Positions 38,472 to 50,683 of a stretch of DNA of 64,000 nt are shown in pieces. The position numbers and the translations under genes were made by a program. The DNA lies in assembly GCA_965178125.1 (NCBI GenBank), contig OZ237772.1:62001-126000 (forward strand), in the 5' to 3' direction. Source of the DNA: Bilabrum cf. latius. Its lineage: Eukaryota. How positions within the stretch are numbered: position 1 is the first letter of the stretch; each line of letters begins with the position of its first letter. A model generated the notes under the pieces. The model was not told the DNA's origin and ran no database searches. It was given only the letters and a program-made list of their open reading frames with translations.

Positions 38472-41400
38472 TCACAGCAGCTTTGGTTTCTCGAGCAAGA
38501 AGGCCATTGTTCCTTTGCCTACATCCGCTCGCATTAGCCTGTCCATAACCTCTCTCCTCTCTGCGTCCTTCTACAGAGAAGCAGCCAGCCGCTCCCGCCT
38601 CGCCTCCTCCTTCCTCACCGCCTCGTCTGCCCTCACAGCCCCCTGCGACCGGTGCTTGAGCGACCTGTGCCCCAGCAGCGGCTCTTCCTCCTCCTCGACA
38701 TCGTAGGCACCGGTCTTGAGCCCGCCTCCGCCCAATCCACCCGTGGATTGCGATCCCTGCTGCAGGTGCTGCTGCCGCTGCTGCTGCGAACCAGCAGCAG
38801 CACTAGCCCCTGCCCTTTGAGCGCCCGACCCCAGCATGGGGGCAGTGGACCCCCCGGGGAAATCACCCCCCTCCCTGCCGTGACTCTTGCCACCGGGCTA
38901 CCTTAGACCGCCCGCACTCGTCACACGATTGCCGCCCTCTCTGTTCCCCCGCCTGGGTCCAGGCTAGGCGCTGGGCGGTGCAGCGATGAACGCGGGCCCC
39001 ACCCCCGGTAGCTTGGACCCGAGGGGCAGCTGGGAGGACCCCACGCGCACCGTGCTGTCCATGGGCTCTGTCCCCGGCTCGAAATCGTCCTCCTCCTATT
39101 CCAGCAAGGAGAGCATGCGGCTGATGCGCCTGTCCCTGCGCCTGGCCTCTTGGCGTGCGGCGGTGACTCCGCCTGCGCTGCTGTTGTTCCCCGGATCTTG
39201 ATCCGATCCTCCGTGCTCGTCCTTCTCGCCGGTTCCGTCCCTCGACCGCCCGCTGCCCGGCTCGACCCCATGCCCCGCCCCTGCCGCCGGCCCCGTGGCC
39301 GCACCCGCGCGGCGCCTACGCCTCGGCGGAACGTCCTCCATCGCGTCGTCCGAATCCTCGTCCGCGTCCACTATGCCACCGGCCCCTCGCGCACTCGTCA
39401 CACCGTCCAGGTCCCCCAGCAGGCCCGCCACGTCCCCCTCCCCATCGACCTCGTGCCCCCTCGAGGTCGCATTCCTGGTCTGCGGCCTGGGGTGCACCCT
39501 CACGTTGTTGGCGTGAGGCACGGGGTCGCTCGGGTGCGCGGTTGCAACCACCACGGCGGGGCCCCCCATTCCGATTCCGGATCCCTTGGATCCGGGCCTG
39601 GACGGCGTGGCCGCGTGGATGGTCGCAAGCGCCTCCGGTCCCACGGATGCCTCCACCAGCCTGACGAGTGCGCCCACCCTCCTGAGCGCCTTGGCTAGCA
39701 GGAGCCTCGCTTCCCTCCCCTGCCTGCTTACATCCACCATGGACACCACAGAGCCACCCCCTGCCCCTGCCACCCCGCCCCCGCCGCCCCCTTCCTCCTC
39801 CGCAGCCGCCTCCTCCCTCTCCAGCCGGTGCAGCAGGTCAACGGAACTCTCGCTGTATGCCACGCTCTCGTCATCATCGTCGTTGGCCTTGCCATCATGC
39901 TCAGTCTCACGTTCGTTTCCGTCCTTGCCCTCGCCGTCGCCTGCTCCAGCCCCGGCCCGCCGCCCCCTGCCATGCACACCCTCTTCCTCCTCCTCGGCCG
40001 GGCCTCCAGCACCCACCAGCTTGCGGCCGATCCCGAGATCAGCGGACGCTTCGCCACCGGGGAACACAAGGCCGGTCGCATCTTCATCTTCGTTTCCCGG
40101 ACCCTCATCACCCCCCTCGTGCTGCTCCCCTGACTTGCCCTCGCTACCCCATCTGGACCCCGGGGAATTCCCCTGGGCGGACCCCGCTCCCCCTTTGGGG
40201 GACAGCTTGCGACCCCTCGCCTCCTCCACCTGCATGGCTCTCTGCAGCAGCCCCTCAAACGGTTGCAACCGCTGCAGGATGCCCAGCGCCCCCTGCCGTA
40301 TGCCCACCACGGCCCCTTCGTACTTGGTCACCTCCGCCTTGAGCTTCCTCAGCCTAGAGGCGGCCGCGCTGGCCTGCCCCTTCGCCTCTTTGGCCCTCTT
40401 CTCCAGCTCCTCCACGTCGTCTGCGGAACCTCCGCTGCCGTACGCGGCGCCGCCCGCACCCGGTTCCGCGCCGGTGGCCTGCAGCACTTTGAGCCTCTCC
40501 TGGGCCGCCTGCAGCGCCGCTTTGGCCGCCCCCAGCCGCCTCTCGGCTTCCTGTCTCTCCCGCCGCACTGCCCGCCTCTGCTGCCCCTGACTCACGAAGC
40601 GCTGCACCATGTCCGTGAGTGACGTCACTCCCAGCAGCTGCCTGATCCGATCCAGGGTGTGCTGCAGCCCAGCCGCCTCGTCCTCGCGCTTCGTCCTCTC
40701 CTCTGACAGCTTGCCCAGCTCCTCCTCGATCTGCTTCTTTTGTTCCACCAGCTGGTCCTCCTGGTCCCGGGACAGATCTCCAGCTAATTTGGCCGCCATC
40801 TCCGCCCTCGCTCCCTCCCTCTTCTGCCTCCACTCCTCCGCGGACCGGATGTTCTGCGCCTCTCCCCGCTTGGCGGAGATCTTCGCGTGCCTCCTCGCCC
40901 TGGCATCCTTCGCCTGCTTCTGGCGCTTCTTGAGCTCCTCCCTTGCCTAGGCCCTGCCCGTCTCCATGACCCGCAGGCTGCGTCTCACGTCACCCAGCTC
41001 CCGCTTGGCCACCGCCAGCGCGTCATCCATGGACTTGACGTGGGACGTGAAGGTGACGTCGTTGGCAGCGAGCCGGTCTCGCATGTGGGTCAGCTGCCGC
41101 TTTCGGAACTCCTTCTCCCACATGCGCTCCGTGGCCTCCTGGATGTGCCCTTGCAGCTCCTGGATCTTGACCGATTCCGGCGTGGCGCCGGGCGCGAGCG
41201 AGGCGTTCTCCTTGCGGATCGACTCGATGTTCGACTGCGGCGTGTGACGAGTGATATGATGGGGATTGAGACCAGTGTGATTCGGGCAAGTTATGGTCCG
41301 GGCTACTCGGTGCGCTGTATGTTGAAATCAGTCTGGGTAGCCCCGGCGGCAGCAGTGCTTGCTCACTTGGACTTTCTCGATCTCTGCCTTTTTGGCAGTG

Positions 41401-41835
41401 CACGACGCTCGCACGTCGTTGCAGCGGGCTTTTCGCTCGGCTACCTGCTGCTCAAGGTCTGCAAGGGCGACTTCCAGCGCATCTGGGGGCGTGTCTGTAG
41501 GCTCCTCCGCAGCAAGCGACTGCCCCGTTTTGCTTTCCGAGACTAGACCTGCCTGCGCAGCGCGAGCAGCACGTTCTGCACGACGTCTTTCAACAGATGC
41601 AAGTACATCCAACAGGTCCTGCTTGCCTCTGATTCTCCTGTCCTCTGGAAGGGCAGCAGCTGCATCCGCGTACAAGTTGCGCTTGTGTTCGAGTGGCGCC
41701 AAACTGCGGCACCGTAAGCTATCAAGCAGTGACAAGCTTCATGATACGTAATATAACGCACGAAAATTATTGGCTGGGCTACAATCACCTAATCCTGGCG
41801 GGAATATCAACTACACGCCATCGCGTCACCAGCAT
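38472..41835 (-). CDS. Coiled-coil protein resembling outer dynein arm docking complex subunit (ODA-DC1/CCDC151 family)
   Basis: Long heptad region with HMRDRLAANDVTFTSHVKSMDDAL and AKLAGDLSRDQE, recalled as similar to this family. Intron 41235-41366 (GTGAGC...CCGCAG); TAG at 40947, 39096, 38964, 38898, 38571; TGA 38472. First exon (ATG 41835, intron ~41704-41788) is tentative. Confidence 0.65.
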
Positions 41836-42252
41836 GGTGTTGAATTGCAGTCAAGGTGCACTGCCACCGTAATTTCGCTTACCTTTTCTAGATGTTAGGC
41901 TTTATAGCCTTTGGTCGGTCCATCCTGCGGCCTCAAATAGGCTTCGTCCACTGCCCAGGACAGGGCTGTGTCTCGCAAAACGGATCGATTTTTTCTAGCC
42001 GGTAAGGTGTGGATACCTGTGCGAACGGAAACAAGATTGACCAAATATACCTGTTGCGAAGCCGTACTCAAGCTATCAAGCAATAAATAATAAGTATTGG
42101 GTCATCTATCGCAACACTGTACAATGTGAGCCGTGACACGACCCGACCCATATACTCGCGGGGAGCCTATCGCAAGCGTGCAATCTGGGGGTGCTCATCC
42201 GGCACCTCCCAGGTGCCTGATAGCATGCAAACTCCGGGCCTTACTCGTAACA

Positions 42253-45200
42253 TTACAAATCAGAGTCCTGCATCTCTGGCTGCACCCCATCCCCATGGTC
42301 ACCGTATCCGCCCCCGCCACCATCGCCACCACCACCTTCGCCCTCGCCGTCCCCGCTCGTCACACCCTCATCGCCCCCATCCCACTCCACTTCCTCCTCC
42401 TCCAGCACCATGCCCTCCGTGATGCCCGTCAGGTCACCCCCGCTCTCGTCACACCCACCATCACGGAAGGTTCGCTCCCGAGCGAACTCGTGCTCCAGGC
42501 TCCTCTGCTCGGGCACGCCGATCATGGATCCCCCGAAGCTGCTCCTGCCCCCGAACGACAGCCTCTCACTCTTCCTCCGGCTCGAAGGGGCGGACCCACT
42601 CCCCAATCCGATGGCGCCCGCGGGCCCCTGCCCCACCCCGGCCGTCGAGTCGCTGCCCCCCGCCAGACCAGGGGGCAGGAGCCCGCTGATGAGGCTGCGG
42701 CCCGCGGCCGAGTCGCTCGAGATGGACACGGCCGTGGAGGACCTGCCCCGCGTGTGAATCGAAGCGGTGTACTCGTCACCCGGATGATCCGATCCCAAGC
42801 GATCGGATCCTCCGGCCTCTGACAGGTGGTTAGAACCGGTCGTATCCCACTCGCGGTCCAGCTCAGGGTCTATGCCGTGCCCGTGCGATGCACTTGCATG
42901 TCCATCGGGGCTCCCAGCATGGCCGTGTCTCGAGGACGAACCAACCGATACGCGCCCCCCCTGGCTGCGGCCGCTCCCATACTGGCTCTGATCATGCCCC
43001 TGACGCTGTTCCCCAGCCCGGCTGAGACCAGCTGACGAGCTCACAGTCTCTGTGCGGATGCGCGCGACGGGTGACCCGTGCGGTGTCATGCCGTCGTACG
43101 CATGATTCGATCCATCGTACGGTTGCATCTCGCCCCAGCTGTCCGGGACAGCCGACGGGGCAGACCCGCTCCCGCTCCGCCCACCAGACCCGCGTCCCCC
43201 ACCGCGTCTGCCGCCCCGCGCACGCCCCGCTTTGCCCCTGTACGGGCCCCGGCGCGTGCCCAGCGACCCGGGTCCAACCGCCATCTCATCTCCCGGCGGT
43301 CCGCCATACGGGCTACCAGCAGAGGCACTGCCCCCCCAGCGGCTGGCCGACGACGACGGGTCCCCGACAATAGAGCCGTTGAGTGCAGCCATGCTGATCC
43401 CGCCCCCTCCTGCGTACTGCGATCCACCGGTGGACGCGAAACCGCTGTCCACACCGTCGCTGCTGCTGGTAGTTCCAGGTCCCCCGTAGCCGTGTGACGA
43501 GTGCGCGTATGGGCTGTCCACTGCCGCGTCGCTCGTGTGCTGCTGCATCTCCTTGGCCCGGGATCGAGCGGCCCGCAGCCCCCCTCCCTTCTGGCGCCTC
43601 GCGAGGCTAGACTCACCAGCCCGCCCGTGCCTGCCACTGCCACCGGTGCCCTATTGCCGCTGCTACAGCTGGTGCTGCTGCTGCTGGTAGTGGTACAGCC
43701 TCGAAGAAGAGGAAGCGGCTGCGGCGCTCCTCTCGCTGCCCCTGTCCCCGGTGATGCTGGCACCACCATCCCTCTCCCTCTCCGGGTGGCTCTCCTCCAG
43801 CAAAACTCGCCGCAGGGGGATGGAGGGCGCTGCAGTGCCGTGCACGCAGCAGTCCAGAACTTCTAGTTGCCTCGCGTAGCATGGGTGCGGGTTCGCCTCG
43901 GGTCTGGCTGTGCGGATGGCACGCCAGGCCGCCTGCAGCGACATGCCCCTCAGGGCGACCAGGAAAGCTACGATGGCGGACACGCTACGGCTAACGCCAA
44001 GCCTGCAATGCACCAGTGCCTTCCGGCCGGATGGATGCTCGATGTGCTCGCCTCTTCCTGCGCTCCACCCGCTACTGGCGGTGGCGGTGCCGGCGCTCGC
44101 TGGAAATCTCCCACCGCCGCTTCCAGCGCCAGCAAGAGCGCGCGGGTCAATCCCAGCCTCTCGTTGAGCTTCTCGGATGCACTGCTACACGGCTGGAGAG
44201 CCTTTTCCAATATCCCCCAGCTCCCCGAGCGCCGCCGCCAGGAAAAGCACGCAGCCCCGAAGCCCTGGGGAGAGAAACACGATCGATTCGGGCCAGGGTA
44301 CCGCGGCTCGCTAGTCTCGCCCACCAGAATAGCTACCACTTGACGCATGCCGTATTTTGATCGCGTCGGCCCAGTCGCGGTGCGATTCCTCTTCGTCGCC
44401 GCCATGTCCGACGGCGGCAATTCTCCATTTGGCTCGGTCTTCGTCTTGATGGCTGCCGTTGAGAGGACCAACAAGCTTGTCCCAGCGGTCCCTTCCCAAC
44501 ATACTCATGCAAGCTCCTAAACAAAGCAGCGAGGAGTGCCCGCTATCGCTCAAAGGGGAGTGGTGTCGCTGCACCTGGACGGCTGCATTTCCCCGACCAA
44601 TGCCCCCCGATCCGATTTCCTCGTCGGCGCAAGCATCATCGTCCATTGCCTGAGAGACGTGTGCATCGCTTAGAATTTGCATGGAACTAGCCACGCACAG
44701 CACGTGGGTCACTCCCAGCCGAGAGAGAACGGCAGTATCCGTCGCCTAACGCTTGCTGCCAAGCAGGAGCCCCGGCAATACCTGCCACGGCCGGAGCAGC
44801 TCCGCTCGCTTCGCTTCGTAGACCTCTTTGCTCATTACCTTGAACTCTGCAACAGGTGGATCGTTGCCGCCAACTGCATGTCCAGAGGCATCATTTGAGG
44901 AAGGAGAGAGCAAGCCACTGCCCTGCGACAGATCACCAGCGGCAAATGGACCCTGTTTCCCTCGGCCGGGTGCAGCCCCCAAGACACTCTCGCCAACAGC
45001 AGTGCCCTGGACCGGCGCTGAAGATGCCGCACTAGATCCGATTGAATCACTCTCGCCCTCTCTCGGTGATCTGCTGGTGACAAGCCCGGTGGAAGTGCTT
45101 GTGGCTGACGCCAGCCGCGGTGCAGTTTCACCCACATCGATCGATGCCTCCTACCACTATCCCCCAGGCTAGTTTGTAACAGCAGTTCCAATCTAAGCAG

Positions 45201-45708
45201 CCTTCGGCCTCATCCTAGTCGCTCCTTGGCGGTTCAAGCTTTGCAAGCGAGGCGCTGTCGAGGCTCCCAGAGTAGATTTGGTCAAGATGCTGGTTTCACG
45301 AGGTGGCCGCCGCCCAGAATCGATAGCACTAGCACCAAGCGAAAAATGCCCATCTGTATACCCGTACTGCATGCCTGCTTCGCCACTGCTACGCCTCCTA
45401 TGCCTTTTACTGCGAGAAAACTCCCGCTACAGTTCTGGTGAGGTGTCATCCCGCGAAGACTGCGTTCTGTCTCGATTACCAGGGGCAAGCAGCAGGCTTG
45501 GGTTGAAGATATGACGCTAATCTATCGCACGTGCAGGTCGCTCAACCGGTCCAGTCTCCGGTGACCGCCCAGCAGCTGAGAGAACTGGGCTGGGGTGCGG
45601 GAGTTGCTCTGCGTCTGCAGTCGATCTGTTGTCGGCAGCTTCTCGGGAACTCGCAGAAGATTGTGCGCGTATATTAAGAAGCTTATCTGTGGGCAAAACA
45701 TCGCTCAT
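42253..45708 (-). CDS. Dual-specificity protein phosphatase (~1,150 aa) with long low-complexity extensions
   Basis: PWQVLPGLLLGSKR*ATDTAVLSRLGVTHVLCVA; P-loop VHCRLGVSRS; IVAFLV..RPEANPH. One frame with 11 TAG (45517, 45427, 45193, 45169, 45157, 45151, 44746, 44311, 44185, 43663, 43651); ends TAA 42253. Confidence 0.88.
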
Positions 45709-46065
45709 TGAGGACCGGCCTAGCCAGATTGTGTGGGCGATTGGGGGTGAATTGCGACCAACTTGATGAATTGTCACCGCCACGCCGGCGCTGGCGTGTC
45801 CTCCCCGGCAGCAGACCGGCGGCGGCAGTGGGCGAACTCAAACGATGGACAGGATGCAACGGTAACCGACGGCGATCACAACTACGTGCAGAGAAGCACT
45901 TTTCTCAAACCGCAGTGCCAATCGACTAGTGCATGGTAGCTCTGTACGAGTGTTCGCGGTCTGATCACAGATTCGGTTTCGTGGACTGAAATATCACGCC
46001 ACAATCACTGTGGCATTCATAATGAGAATCATACATTTAATCTGGGACTGCCTTCTCACAGCGGC

Positions 46066-48427
46066 ATGGGGACCCATATATCATTATTTATAGTGATAGT
46101 ATTGGTAGGCTTGGGCTAGATTGCTAGCACCAGCGAAGTGTTGGAAATTCAACAAGATTCAGACCTTGGCGACGCAGTTGCTGAAGGTTACCCAGTTATC
46201 GCAATGTTTTACGCCCCAGTAAGGCCCACTAGTTGTTTGAATAACGCCAGTTTGGTGCATTTGTACGCAGCATATCGTCTATGATTTGGTATTTGTCAGC
46301 TTATGTTGTCCGCAGTGGTGCGGGCACTGCAAGGCTCTCAAGCCTGTATTTGCGAACGCCGCCGCAGACTCAGCGTGGGAGTCGCAAGCTTTAGATGATT
46401 TGTGGGCGAAAAAAAGCGAGCATGCTGTCGATAGCATTGGCCCGCACGCGTCTTTCATGCGTGTGAATTGCGAAGCGCACAAAGGATTGTGCGAACAGCA
46501 CGGAGTGAAAGGATACCCTAGCGTGCTGGCCGCCCGTCCCGCTGCACCATGCGCGTCCTCAGATACTAACGACGCGATGGGGCAGTCCAACTGCGGACCC
46601 TCCTCCTCCCCAGTGTTCCGCAAATTTCGCGGCGCCAGGGGCCGGGCCCAGCTCGTGGCCCTTGCGACAGCCCTCAGGAGGAGACCCGTCGCCGCGCTAT
46701 CCTCTGGAGATTCCCTAGCCGCCGTGGCAAGAGACGAGAGCGTCGCCGCTGCGCAGAGAGCCGCACACGTCCTCCGCAACCGAGCCAAAAAAGAAAAATC
46801 CAAGTCGGGCCAGGCCAAGCGGGAATCGAACCTGGCGGACCAGGCGTCTGCGGGGCAGGCACCCGCCGTAGTTGCACTCGTCACAGGGGACAGCGCCGCC
46901 CAGCTCGAGCAGGCTAGCGGAGGAAAGTTCCGCAGCGTGCGCGGCGCCGCGAGCCGGGCCCTGGTGGAAGCCCTCCGAGAGTGGACGAACTCCGACGAAG
47001 GTTCCTTCGGACTTGCGGCCGTGGTGGGAGCGAGACCTGCTGATGGACAAGGGGTTGCGCCGCCTCCTCCTCCCTCGGTGGAGCATGCCAGGGGCCTCCA
47101 CACCGAAGCCACTGCTGTGGACTGGGCCGCGGTGCACGAGGCGGTTGCAACCGCTGGGGCCATTCTGGTGAGGGCGTAGTGGGGTTCCGGTTTTCTGCCC
47201 AGGCGGTCCGGGGAGCTCGTCGGAAAGGTGGACGAGGATGCACTGCATGGTGGTGCTCGGCTTCGCCGGCCGGGCCGTGATATCCCCGCTGGCCGCGGAT
47301 AGTCGGTATCGATCCCGCGCCTCCCGCCGCAGGAATCCCCCGCGCTGCAGTGGACCGAAGTTGTGGTGGACGCGTTCGAGGTTCCGCAGGTCAACGGAAC
47401 GTTCGACGCTTCGTATGTTCCGCAAGCGGCTCCGCGCTGGCTCAAACGGGCGACGCTGCCCCTCGTGGTGCGAACCGACGCCCACTCGTTCAGTCCACTG
47501 GTGGGCACGGGGTCACTCCTGGCCATGGGGGTCGTTTCCACTGCCACCAAGCGCTCGGCAGCTGCCGCGGTGCGCGCCACCACGTGGCTGGCAAGCCTCG
47601 CGAGCCCTCACTCGTCACACCTCGAGGCCTCGGTCCGGGAGCGCTTCGCCTTTGGCATCCTAGACGCAGCCGAGTACGCGGATTTCGTATCCGAGTACAA
47701 CATTTCCGCTGGGGAGCTGGCCTCTGGCCTGTCCCCTCCCCGGCTGCTGGTCGTGGACCCGCAGTCCAAGGTGTTTTACGAGGACTCGACGGTTCGGGAG
47801 AGGGAGGATTTCGAGACTTTTTTGAAGGACGTGGCAGCGGGTCTCCATCCCGCGCAGAGGTCCGGAGTGTGGAGGCTGCCGCAGCGGGTCTGGAACGCCG
47901 TTTGGTTTGGGGGTCCCACGGAGCGTTGGGTCGCGATCGCAGTGGGTCTTGTGCTTGTGGCGGGGTGCATCGGCGTGGGCTGGGCGGTGTGCTGCCCCGG
48001 TGGGAAGGAGGGGACGGGGGCTGTCAATGACGGTAGGGCTGATGGAGGTGGTGAGACCGGGGAGTAGGGTGCATCGCATGGTGGTGAGGATCCGATGGAG
48101 GAGATGTGGAGGAGCGGTCGAGTGCCTCCCATGGACGAGTAGGACGAGGATTAGGAGGTAGGGGACGATGCGGTGGGAGGTGCGATTGGTGGAGAGGAAG
48201 AAGATAATTAGGGCGGGGTGGAGGATGAGCAGGAAGCGATGGGAGAAAGTGAAGGTGAGCAAGGGCACGGCAGCGAGCCAGTGGGCATGGCAGTGGCGGG
48301 CGACAGAGATGACCCCCAGCTGGCTAATGCCGAAATTGATGACCACATCAATTGCAACTAGGAGGACGGTGAGGAGGATGGATGGGTGGAGGCAGGCGGG
48401 GGGCTGAGGCAGAGAAGGGGGCAGTGA
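46066..48427 (+). CDS. Membrane-anchored protein disulfide isomerase (TMX3-like): signal peptide, CGHC thioredoxin domain, TM helix, acidic tail
   Basis: Intron 46219-46315 (GTAAGG...CCGCAG) joins MFYAP|WCGHCK; TM WVAIAVGLVLVAGCIGVGWAVCC; tail ends GLRQRRGQ-TGA (48425), reached only by reading through TAG. Eight TAG (46117, 47177, 47300, 48065, 48140, 48152, 48209, 48359). Confidence 0.88.
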
Positions 48428-48819
48428 AACCCTTTTCTTTGTCTTTGGCAAAGCTCCGATCCGATCCCGGATCACGCGATGCATGCCTGCCAACGCTGAT
48501 CCTGATCCTTCGGATCGGGTTCACATTTGCAAACTTTCACAGTTCAAGTATGCAGTAAGGATATTACATACGTCTGCACGAAAAGTAAGACTCGACCAGC
48601 AATCAGGCACATGCACACCAAACAAACACGCTGCAGAGCCGTGGCTCCTGCAGACGAGCAAGCTCGTACATCAGGCGCAATGGCTGCGTTGCCTCTCGCC
48701 GACCTCACACACTACACAAGTAGCATGCTTCATATCCTCACCATTGCACGTGCATGAGTCCAATTTCGATCGAGCCACTTGATCAGTACTGCAGTGAACT
48801 GCACCCGAAGCTGCACTCA

Positions 48820-49982
48820 TCACAGCTGCCCGTCCCCCACGGTGTCCCCCGCGGCGCCCAGCTGCACGTCAGACGCAGCAGCGCCGGAGAACATGGCATC
48901 GTCATCATGCCCCGCCCTCGCGGCGCGGTCCTCGAACCTCTCCGAGGAGGTCATGAGGCTCTGGTTGTTGGCCCCACTGTCGGCGGTGCCGGCCAAGTAG
49001 CATCCCAGGAGCGCCAGCCAGATGGGCTGCAGGATGAATCCCACGAAGGCGATGGAGATGCCGGAGATGACAGAGAATAGCCTCCAGTTGCCGAAGCGCG
49101 CGAGCTCCAGAGCAAAGTTGAGGAAGGCCAGGGCGCCCGCACCCGCCCCGATGTACCCGTGCCACGTGGGAAGCACGCCGAACCTGAAGGTCGCAGATGC
49201 AACCGCGATCAGCCCGATGGACAGGAGCAGCTCGTCCAGCGCGAAGAGCCACAGGGAGGACGACTGGGAGATGAAGTCGGCGATCCATAGCACGCGGAGG
49301 GCGGTGGAATCGAGCTACCAGTCGTCGCCCGACATCCAGTCAGCTGCGGTGCTGCGGCCCGCGCGGCCCACCAGCTCCAGCCCGGTGATGATGGCGGCAC
49401 CAGCGAACGCAGGGACGAAGACCGAGGTCTCCATCACGCGAGGCCCGAACATGGCACTCAGCGCCAGCAGGGGAGGGATGACGGCGAAGGCCGCGATTGC
49501 CTCCACCACGTCGAACGCGATCTGAGGGCCCAGGACCTTCCGGCGGATCTCGTAGTCGTTCTGGATGCAGATGGTGACGTCGGGGGCGGGCGCGTCGTCG
49601 TCCTTGGAGGGAAAGTTCGCCAGCTCATTGCGGAGGTCGTCAAAGTCGCACCCGTCCACCTCGTTGTTGCTGGCCTGCGGTGCCACAGTCGACGGTGCGT
49701 TTTATTGTACATGATATAAACAAATCAAATCGCATCGAAATGCCTTATTGTTGGCTCCACGGCAGGCGGGAGCGCAAGAGCGAAGGTTCTGGCATCTCCC
49801 GATTGCGCTCCATTGCCTGACTTCTGCTAGCACCCGTCAGCATCATGACCTATTTAGCCAGTATGTAGTCTCACAGTTATTGCGATTCCGATCACCAGTG
49901 CGGTAGACAGGAAAACAGCACCTGCTGCCGAGAATGCGCACACCTTGGGGACAGTTGCGTCGAATGGTGCCGCGTTCGACAT
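48820..49982 (-). CDS. Multi-pass (about 6 TM) membrane protein, ~320 aa
   Basis: Exon 1 MSNAAPFDATVPKVCAFSAAGAVFLSTALVIGIAIT; intron 49675-49874 (GTGAGA...CCGCAG, phase 0); one TAG at 49315; TGA 48820; several hydrophobic segments. Confidence 0.75.
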
Positions 49983-50683
49983 CTTAAACCAATACTGCGG
50001 GATCAAGCGAAGCTGTTAGCGCGGTCAAAGATCAATCAAATCATGCTGCGGAAGGGATCATGCAAAGACGGTGTGTATGGCCACAATCCGCCCAGATACA
50101 AGAATCACCTTTCCCCGCAGGTGCTCGCTCGTGCATGCTGATCAATGACTGTAGGCTGGCGGAGTACCAAAGTACTTCTTCTGTTTACATATTTAAGCAA
50201 GGTGCTATCGATTCCCTAAGGGAAAACGAATTGGCTATCAGTGGGTTCAGGGTGGAGGCAGTGTAGATGAATCAATACCAAATTTTCAACGCTTTTTGCC
50301 ACACATTCCTGCTGAATATCCAATCATATAGTCATGAACCCAATCATGGCAACATATTTGCAAGAGATACTCACAATAAGGAGGAAATGAGCATGTTGCA
50401 CTCCCAAAGGTTCGCATCATTCAAAATACAGACTAGGCTGTATACCAACACCTTATAAAAGCCTCCAAGCCGTTTCAAACTTATTTTAAACGTGCGGAGG
50501 ACCAGAGAGTCAGCCACAGTTATCTGTTAGATAATCCAATATTCAATGATGGTTGGATCCTTTGTTGCAAAATTTAAACATATTCTTGATTCGTGTGGCC
50601 TGCACCATGCTCCTGTTTCTTTCGTCATCGCAGCAACAGCAAGTGCAGCAATTTAGGCGTAGGCTTTGAGCACTCGCGGCATC

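Noticed and set aside
48065-48361. UAG as Glu, suggested by TAG among GAG/GAC codons in the PDI acidic tail
   Set aside because: The tail is unconserved low-complexity sequence that also contains CAG/CAA; conserved sites favour Gln.
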